A stretch of 64,000 nt of DNA, taken from positions 2,628 through 66,627 of the IMG/VR virus record IMGVR_UViG_3300030103_005932, one strand, 5' to 3'. Positions 57,964 to 64,000 of this stretch are shown here, in pieces. The translations under genes were made by a program, and so were the position numbers. Under the pieces are notes generated by a model. That model did no database searches, was not told the DNA's origin, and saw nothing but the letters and a program-made list of their open reading frames with translations. The DNA comes from a virus. Positions within the stretch are counted from its first letter, which is position 1; each line of letters starts with the position of its first letter.

Positions 57964-58404
57964 ATGACAAAAAATCTATCTATCTTTAATAACTTAAGAC
58001 CACTAACCGTAGGGTTCGATGATATGTTCGATCACTTTGAACATATGATGGACGATAGTTTCTTCAGAGGAACTCTCGGAAATTTCCCACCATATAATAT
58101 AGTAAAAACTGGTGAGAACACCTATGATGTTGAACTTGCACTAGCAGGTTTCAGCAAAAAAGACATCGAAGTAGAATACAAAGAGAATCTGCTTACAGTC
58201 AAATCTAAAAAACAAGAAGAGACAAAAGATGAGGATGGTAATATCATTCACAGAGGCATATCCAAAAGGATGTTCTCTAAAAGTTTTACCATTGCAAACG
58301 ATGTAGAGGTCAAAGGTGCCGAACTGAAAGACGGCTTACTGAAAGTGTCCATGGAAAGAATCGTTCCTGAGCACAAGAAAGCAAAACTAATCGACATCAA
58401 ATAA
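57964..58404 (+). CDS. small heat shock protein Hsp20 (IbpA-like)
   Basis: VGFD, FPPYNI, ELALAGF, HRGISKR.F, GAELKDGLL, IDI; AGGAGG RBS. Confidence 0.95.
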   Translation: MTKNLSIFNNLRPLTVGFDDMFDHFEHMMDDSFFRGTLGNFPPYNIVKTGENTYDVELALAGFSKKDIEVEYKENLLTVKSKKQEETKDEDGNIIHRGISKRMFSKSFTIANDVEVKGAELKDGLLKVSMERIVPEHKKAKLIDIK

Positions 58405-58417
58405 TCATTGAGATGGA

Positions 58418-58440
58418 TGGGGTGGTAAAACACCCCACCA
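58418..58440 (+). terminator. hairpin after hsp20
   Basis: TGGGGTG-GTAAAA-CACCCCA; no clear U-tract. Confidence 0.55.
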
Positions 58441-58473
58441 TTGACATATTACGAATATATGCTACAATAAGGA

Positions 58474-58779
58474 ATGACTATGGCTACAGATATACACACA
58501 CTTACAAAAGAAAAAGTTAAACTAGACGAACCTGGATTATATGATGTCATCTTTTTGAACGACAATATAACGACAATGGAATTTGTGGTTAGAGTTCTTA
58601 AACAGATATTTGGCAAGACACCGGAACAGGCTCTCAACATAACAAATAAGATACATCAAGACGGACAAGGAGTTGTCGGCTCGTACGTACACGAAGTGGC
58701 AGAGCAGAAAGGTATAGAGACAACACTGTTGGCAAGACAAGAAAACTTTCCGCTACAAATTAAAGTAAAAAAACAATGA
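58474..58779 (+). CDS. clpS: ClpS N-degron adaptor
   Basis: YDVIFLNDNITTMEFVV, IH.DG.GVVG.Y..EVAE.K, FPL. Confidence 0.93.
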   Translation: MTMATDIHTLTKEKVKLDEPGLYDVIFLNDNITTMEFVVRVLKQIFGKTPEQALNITNKIHQDGQGVVGSYVHEVAEQKGIETTLLARQENFPLQIKVKKQ

Positions 58780-59129
58780 TCGAAATAGTGGATCATAGGA
58801 AATATGTGATGGACAATCAACCCATCCAACAGTTCTTGCTTGATCGACTTCCAGGACAAAATGATAAGTTTTTTGGTACCTTGGACAAAGCATTAGAGAG
58901 ATTCAACAGCATACTGCTTAAATTGAGCCAAGATCCGATATTGGCGCAAGAACATAACCACAAAGTAATACAATGCCAAAATGCTATACACGATTTTTAC
59001 CAATACACTTGTAAACTTACCAATACGGAAAACTGGTTTAAAAAAACTTATTACAGGATCCGTTTACACAGGATAGGAATAAAAAGTATTCCAAAGATAA
59101 AAAAACTTTTCAATCAACTAGATAATTAA
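58776..59129 (+). CDS. hypothetical protein
   Basis: ATGA overlap with clpS. Confidence 0.6.
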   Translation: MIEIVDHRKYVMDNQPIQQFLLDRLPGQNDKFFGTLDKALERFNSILLKLSQDPILAQEHNHKVIQCQNAIHDFYQYTCKLTNTENWFKKTYYRIRLHRIGIKSIPKIKKLFNQLDN

Positions 59130-59133
59130 CGGT

Positions 59134-59340
59134 ATGCTTAACTGGATATTTTGGGCAATACCTAGAGAATATGTAAAGAGATATTTCATTACCCTTTGGT
59201 TGGTTATGTTCATCATACCAAATTACATTTTTGGCTTGTATTTCACTAAAATTGGATTTATAATAAACTTGCTTTGGTACGACATGATCTTTTATGGATG
59301 GGTACGTGTCAAACAAACATTGGAAGGAGATAAAAAATGA
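59134..59340 (+). CDS. small membrane protein
   Basis: two hydrophobic segments. Confidence 0.65.
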   Translation: MLNWIFWAIPREYVKRYFITLWLVMFIIPNYIFGLYFTKIGFIINLLWYDMIFYGWVRVKQTLEGDKK

Positions 59341-59561
59341 AGGCAATTGTATGGAGCAAACCTGCCTGTGCTTATTGCGAAAAGGCAAAAAATCTTTTGA
59401 AAACCAAAGGTATAGAGTACGAGGAAAAAAATATTGCTGACGGATACAAAATACAGGATTTGTTGGAATTGGTTCCAAATGCGAGAACAATGCCGCAGAT
59501 CTGGTTAGATGAGGAATATGTAGGCGGGTACTTCGAACTTGAAAAGAAATTAACAGAGTAG
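59337..59561 (+). CDS. glutaredoxin
   Basis: CAYC, TMPQI, VGG. Confidence 0.93.
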   Translation: MKAIVWSKPACAYCEKAKNLLKTKGIEYEEKNIADGYKIQDLLELVPNARTMPQIWLDEEYVGGYFELEKKLTE

Positions 59562-59568
59562 GAGAGAC

Positions 59569-59754
59569 ATGATCAAAGACGCACTTATAAAAAAATTGCA
59601 AGGTGACATAGAAGTCGCGAAAGCGGACTTGAAAACTTTTATGGCGCAACCAATGGGTGTAGCAGAACATATCGACTACGTGGTCACAGCAGAAAAAAAA
59701 CTTGAAGCATTGGCCCACGCAGAAGATAAACTCGAGTCGCTGATGAATTTATAA
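59569..59754 (+). CDS. conserved T4-like phage hypothetical protein
   Basis: [10 protein letters not shown] motif; AGGAG RBS. Confidence 0.7.
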   Translation: MIKDALIKKLQGDIEVAKADLKTFMAQPMGVAEHIDYVVTAEKKLEALAHAEDKLESLMNL

Positions 59755-59755
59755 C

Positions 59756-60079
59756 GTGACCTACACAGTCAACGACAAGTGTATAATGTGTAAACACACC
59801 GACTGTGTCACGGTATGCCCTGTTGACTGCTTTTACGAAGGAGAGAATATGCTTGTCATTAACCCAGACGAGTGTATTGATTGCGGAGTTTGTGAACCAG
59901 AGTGTCCAGAGGACGCAATATTGCCAGACACAGATCCTGAAGGTGCCAAGTGGGTGGAGTTCAATGGCAAGTGGTCGCAGGAATGGGCAGTGCTTACAGA
60001 AAAGAAAGACCCTATGCCCGACTACGAAAAGCACTCGGGAGAAGAAGGAAGGTTAGAGAAATATTTTAAGGACAAATAA
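59756..60079 (+). CDS. fdxA: dicluster ferredoxin (FdxA type)
   Basis: [18 protein letters not shown] and [12 protein letters not shown]. Confidence 0.95.
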   Translation: MTYTVNDKCIMCKHTDCVTVCPVDCFYEGENMLVINPDECIDCGVCEPECPEDAILPDTDPEGAKWVEFNGKWSQEWAVLTEKKDPMPDYEKHSGEEGRLEKYFKDK

Positions 60080-60270
60080 TGAAAAACAAAAAGAAATCAA
60101 AATGGCAAATCAAACGAGAGAAACAAGCCAGCCAAAATTCACAGTTCGATCCCAAGATCCATCAACTAGGTAGAGAAGGATTTGGATTTCAAATGAAGAA
60201 AGACATAAAGGCAACACCCGAAGAACTGTCAGGCAAGAACTTGCCTTTCACAAACAACAATGATAATTGA
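60079..60270 (+). CDS. hypothetical basic protein
   Basis: TAATG coupling. Confidence 0.55.
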   Translation: MKNKKKSKWQIKREKQASQNSQFDPKIHQLGREGFGFQMKKDIKATPEELSGKNLPFTNNNDN

Positions 60271-60661
60271 TCGTATCAAAGAAATGGGAGATAATTTGGC
60301 CTTGTTGGAGGGACATGACAGGTTACAGTATCTGGTTGATAAGGCAAAAGAAGTGGAACCTTTGCCAGATGCGGCAAAGACTGAAATAAACAGGATACAC
60401 GGTTGTGCCAGTAAACTGTGGATCATAGGTGGAGCCGATATCGAAAACAAAATGAGATACCAAGTGGACGGTGATGCATTCATAACAAAAGGCACTGCCA
60501 AAGTGGTCACTGATATTGTTAACGGAGCAGACAAAAAGGAAGTAGCAGGATTGACTGTTGAAAGTTTTACTGCATTAGGCATTAAAGAACTGCTGACACT
60601 CCAGAGACAGAACGGCCTAGGTGAGTTAATTAACAGGATTATAAGGATAGCAAATGATTGA
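60260..60661 (+). CDS. sufE: SufE-family sulfur acceptor
   Basis: NRIHGCASKLW, DGDAFITKG, LGI..LLT.QRQNG. Confidence 0.92.
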   Translation: MIIDRIKEMGDNLALLEGHDRLQYLVDKAKEVEPLPDAAKTEINRIHGCASKLWIIGGADIENKMRYQVDGDAFITKGTAKVVTDIVNGADKKEVAGLTVESFTALGIKELLTLQRQNGLGELINRIIRIAND

Positions 60662-61052
60662 AACCCCTCCTGGATGGACACCACAACCTAACGCATCGAT
60701 AGATCCGCAACTAAAAACAGATCTAAATGATATCAAAGAGCATCCGCCAACACAACTAGAATACATGCCAAAGATTGTAGAAAAATTAAAAGAGTGTTAT
60801 GATCCGGAGATTAGTGTAGACATATATAACCTCGGATTGATTTATGATGTTAAGGTTACTGAAGAAGGATACGTACACGTATTGATGAGCCTAACAAGTG
60901 CGTTCTGTCCGGCGGCTGACATGATACCAAGAGATGTACAACAGAAAATTGAAAGCATTCCAAATCTAAAATGCAAAGTAAAGATCACAATGCAACCTCA
61001 GTGGGGAAGAGACATGATCAATCCTGAGATAAGGGAGTTAATGGGATTATGA
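60654..61052 (+). CDS. DUF59/SufT Fe-S assembly protein
   Basis: YDPEISVDIYNLGLIY, MSLTSAFCPAA, PQW. Confidence 0.92.
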   Translation: MIETPPGWTPQPNASIDPQLKTDLNDIKEHPPTQLEYMPKIVEKLKECYDPEISVDIYNLGLIYDVKVTEEGYVHVLMSLTSAFCPAADMIPRDVQQKIESIPNLKCKVKITMQPQWGRDMINPEIRELMGL

Positions 61053-61669
61053 TAAAAGTAGAACTGATCGACAGAATGGGCACAGACTTATCCGTAGTCA
61101 ATGCGGCTAGGGTAAGTTATGCCAAAACAAAAGAAGTATTCGATGTAAAAGACGAGAAACTAATCAAGTATCTAGCAGAGCATGAACATTGGTCACCTTT
61201 CGCACACGCATCAATACAGTTTAGGATAAAGGCGCCTATATTTGTTGCAAGGCAACTTGTCAAACATCAAGTGGGTCTTGTGTGGAACGAGGTGTCGAGA
61301 AGGTACGTTGATGATGAACCAGAATTCTACACACCAACATCATGGCGTGGTAGGCCCAAGAATAGTAAACAGGGTTCGGATGGTGAGGTTCACACAGACG
61401 AAGAATACTATCAAAGATATTTGAACGGATGCAGAGTCTACTACGGCTTGTTATTGAACGAGGGTGTAGCACCAGAACAGGCACGTATGGTGTTGCCTCA
61501 ATCAACCATGACTGAATGGTATTGGTCCGGCACCGTGTACGCCTTTGCAAGGGTGTGCAACCTGAGATGCAAACCAGACACTCAGAAGGAAACACAGGAC
61601 GTGGCCAACGAGATAGATAAATTGGCAGGCGAGGCGTTCCCTCACTGCTGGAAATATTTGAGAAAATGA
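61049..61669 (+). CDS. thyX: FAD-dependent thymidylate synthase
   Basis: VNAARVS, HWSPF, ARQLVKH, NEVSRRY, EQARMVLP. Confidence 0.96.
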   Translation: MIKVELIDRMGTDLSVVNAARVSYAKTKEVFDVKDEKLIKYLAEHEHWSPFAHASIQFRIKAPIFVARQLVKHQVGLVWNEVSRRYVDDEPEFYTPTSWRGRPKNSKQGSDGEVHTDEEYYQRYLNGCRVYYGLLLNEGVAPEQARMVLPQSTMTEWYWSGTVYAFARVCNLRCKPDTQKETQDVANEIDKLAGEAFPHCWKYLRK

Positions 61670-61775
61670 AACAAAAGAATATGTTTAGTTGGCCTGAAAG
61701 AATAATAGGTTACCTGTTGTTAGGCTATCTAGTTTATGTATTAGGTTGTATGATATTAGGAACGTTTGATATATT

Positions 61776-62582
61776 ATGAAACTAGGAATTGTAGGACATG
61801 GATTTGTAGGCACAGCAGTGGATCACGGATTCACCAAGGACGTGCAGAAGTTCATAGTGGATCCCAAACACAACAGCACCAACACCATAGAGGATCTGAT
61901 AGCATTCAGACCTGACGCAACCTTTGTGGCTGTGCCAACACCACAGTTGGAATCAGGTGAGTGCAACACATCGATACTAGAAGACGTTCTACACCAGTTG
62001 AACAAATCTAAAGGATTGCTTGTGATTGTTAAATCCACAGTGCCGGCATATAAACTGCAGAGCATACAAGAACAATGCGTTGATCTAAAGATAGTTTACA
62101 ATCCTGAGTTCCTCACAGAGAAAAATTACATAAATGATTTCGTCAATCCATTTATGCACGTTTTTGGTGGAGTAAACGCAGACACAGACGCTGTTGAAAA
62201 ACTTTACAAAGAACATTCAGGTTGTGCTGAATGTCCTGTGTACAAAACAGACATGGTCACCGCCAGCATGGTCAAGTATTGCATCAACAGTTTCCTTGCA
62301 ACCAAAGTTACGTTCATGAATGAGATGTATGATGTGCTTAAGGCCGCAAAAGGCACAGACTGGCAGACATTCATCAATATCATACAGACAGATCCACGAA
62401 TGGGCAAAACACACATGAAAGTGCCCGGACATGACGGACAGCGAGGGTACGCTGGATCCTGCTTTCCAAAAGACACAAATGCATTGGCGTGGTTCGCCAA
62501 GGAGATACTGAACACACCGTTTACACAACTGGAAACCAGCATAGATATCAACGAAAAACTACGTAAAACCAATCAGTCATAA
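61776..62582 (+). CDS. UDP-glucose dehydrogenase-like protein lacking the C-terminal domain
   Basis: GHGFVG, VAVPTP, KSTVP, NPEFL, KYCINSFLA, GYAGSCFPKD. Confidence 0.9.
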   Translation: MKLGIVGHGFVGTAVDHGFTKDVQKFIVDPKHNSTNTIEDLIAFRPDATFVAVPTPQLESGECNTSILEDVLHQLNKSKGLLVIVKSTVPAYKLQSIQEQCVDLKIVYNPEFLTEKNYINDFVNPFMHVFGGVNADTDAVEKLYKEHSGCAECPVYKTDMVTASMVKYCINSFLATKVTFMNEMYDVLKAAKGTDWQTFINIIQTDPRMGKTHMKVPGHDGQRGYAGSCFPKDTNALAWFAKEILNTPFTQLETSIDINEKLRKTNQS

Positions 62583-62597
62583 CGGTTAAATAGCAAT

Positions 62598-63851
62598 ATG
62601 AAACCATGGTTTGAAAAAGAATCCAACGTGATTAAATTTCCTGAGCCCAAGGCTAAGGTTGTACAGATGCCAAACGTGCAGAGTTATCCGGACTTCCTGA
62701 CAGGTGTCAAGGACTTACACAACCGTAAAGCCAAGGGTGAGATATCACAGGATTCACATGACAAACTATACCAAGACCTAATACACAGATTCATGAAGAA
62801 GGAAGACGCCGAAACTCCATGGTTTATGGAATCCCCAGAAGGAATAATGTCATTAACAAAACAAATACAAAATTTACCACCAGACACAGATCCGGCAATA
62901 CTTGACAAAATTAACGACTACATAAAAATGGCCACAGATAAAACACAAACACAAGATCCTGAAGCAAACATATACACAAGGATTTCACGTAAGGTCAAAG
63001 GTATTGAAGATGCAGATATGCAAAAGTATTATAAAATTGTTTCTAAGTTTATGTTAGGGAACGGTTTAAGTGGAAAGCAGATTGATGCTATCGTAAATGC
63101 AATCAATAATAACACCTGTGTGCAACTAGACGAATTGAAAAAATCACAAAACTCACTTGAAAACATTTTGTTTATGTACAAGGACAGTATCGAGACACAA
63201 AAGTACTACAACGATTTACTAATGTATCAACCCGCTTCGAGGATTGGCCCAGGTGAAATATTGTTTGCAACACACAGTAAAGAACTAGTCAAAGGACAAA
63301 AAGGTGATTTGACCGTGATGGCAACCAATCAAGAGATTGAAGTAAAAGGTGGTATGTTCGCTGGTAGGTTCAAAGATGATGATGTACTTCCCGCACCTGC
63401 ATATTATGATAAAGCAAAACAATTCGAAGTGAAGTATAAAGGAATCGTGAGAGGCGTCAGCAGTGGAATAAATTATGGTGAAATAATAAAAGGTATGCAG
63501 AATAACAAGAAACAAGCAAATAATATATACAAAGATTTTCAACTTATACTAAAAGATTTATTTCCAAACAATGCATATCAAAAACAAATTGTACAAGCAG
63601 TCAAAAGCGGTGATGCCAAGAAGGCACAGAACCTACATGGACTGGCAAATCTATCAGCATACTTTAGTGCCAAAGCAGGAGGCATGGGCATCTTGTTTAT
63701 CAACGTCAAAGGTGGTACAGCAACCACTTCATACGCAGAAAGTTTAGAACAACTATTACAGGCATTTGATGTCAAAGTTGACACTGCTTATCCGATCAGC
63801 ACAGTGCCACTAAATCCATTTCCAAAGATTGGTGTGACAGCAAAGAAATAA
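62598..63851 (+). CDS. late protein with possible PD-(D/E)XK nuclease domain
   Basis: TAAATA 5 nt upstream; GPGE...GDL.V...EIEVKG. Confidence 0.55.
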   Translation: MKPWFEKESNVIKFPEPKAKVVQMPNVQSYPDFLTGVKDLHNRKAKGEISQDSHDKLYQDLIHRFMKKEDAETPWFMESPEGIMSLTKQIQNLPPDTDPAILDKINDYIKMATDKTQTQDPEANIYTRISRKVKGIEDADMQKYYKIVSKFMLGNGLSGKQIDAIVNAINNNTCVQLDELKKSQNSLENILFMYKDSIETQKYYNDLLMYQPASRIGPGEILFATHSKELVKGQKGDLTVMATNQEIEVKGGMFAGRFKDDDVLPAPAYYDKAKQFEVKYKGIVRGVSSGINYGEIIKGMQNNKKQANNIYKDFQLILKDLFPNNAYQKQIVQAVKSGDAKKAQNLHGLANLSAYFSAKAGGMGILFINVKGGTATTSYAESLEQLLQAFDVKVDTAYPISTVPLNPFPKIGVTAKK

Positions 63852-63894
63852 TCAATACGCACAATTTACATCACACACACAAATAAGTATTTGT

Positions 63895-64000
63895 ATGATA
63901 GACACACAGGGCAAGTTGCTCGTAGCACCTCCCAACATGCCTGATTGGAGATTTCAGAAATCTGTTATCTACATGTGGAAACACGATGTATCTGGCGCCG
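63895..64000 (+). CDS. YqgE/AlgH-family protein (5' partial)
   Basis: MIDTQGKLLVAPPNMPDWRFQKSVIYMWKHDVSGA matches the G.LL.A.P...D..F..SVI....H...GA pattern. Confidence 0.8.
   Translation, partial: MIDTQGKLLVAPPNMPDWRFQKSVIYMWKHDVSGA

Noticed and set aside
55070-61669. Bacterial chromosome contamination or prophage flank
   Set aside because: Host-like genes lack their usual operon partners (clpP, sufS, petA/petC) and are interleaved with phage genes and phage-type promoters.
1-64000. Alternative genetic code
   Set aside because: Conserved genes are full length under code 11, and TAA, TAG and TGA all serve as stops.

Overview
This window is a 64-kb segment of a large, AT-rich tailed dsDNA phage genome of the jumbo/T4-superfamily type. 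Evidence: ATP-dependent DNA ligase, NrdA/NrdB, ThyX, glutaredoxin, a PD-(D/E)XK exonuclease, a PAAR protein, a beta-helix tail protein, TAAATA late promoters and sigma70-type early promoters. The host is probably a low-GC alphaproteobacterium (inferred from a circularly permuted tmRNA, DUF1178, a bc1-type cytochrome b and an FdxA-type ferredoxin). Bases 1-12.2 kb hold tightly coupled small early genes. The rest interleaves late/virion-type genes with sugar-modification and radical-SAM genes and host-like metabolic genes (cytochrome b, ClpX, ClpS, Hsp20, bS21, SufE, SufT, AlgH). The top signals not shown by the ORF track are: (i) tandem NrdR-box-like palindromes, 31-32 bp apart, next to three early promoter regions, plus an array of them inside a coding gene beside an origin-like repeat tract; (ii) a two-piece tmRNA with a 22-codon tag; (iii) an intact cytochrome b directly after nrdB; (iv) a promoter-driven structured ~120-nt candidate ncRNA; (v) a metallothionein-like micro-ORF. 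All family calls come from motif recognition by eye, not database searches.
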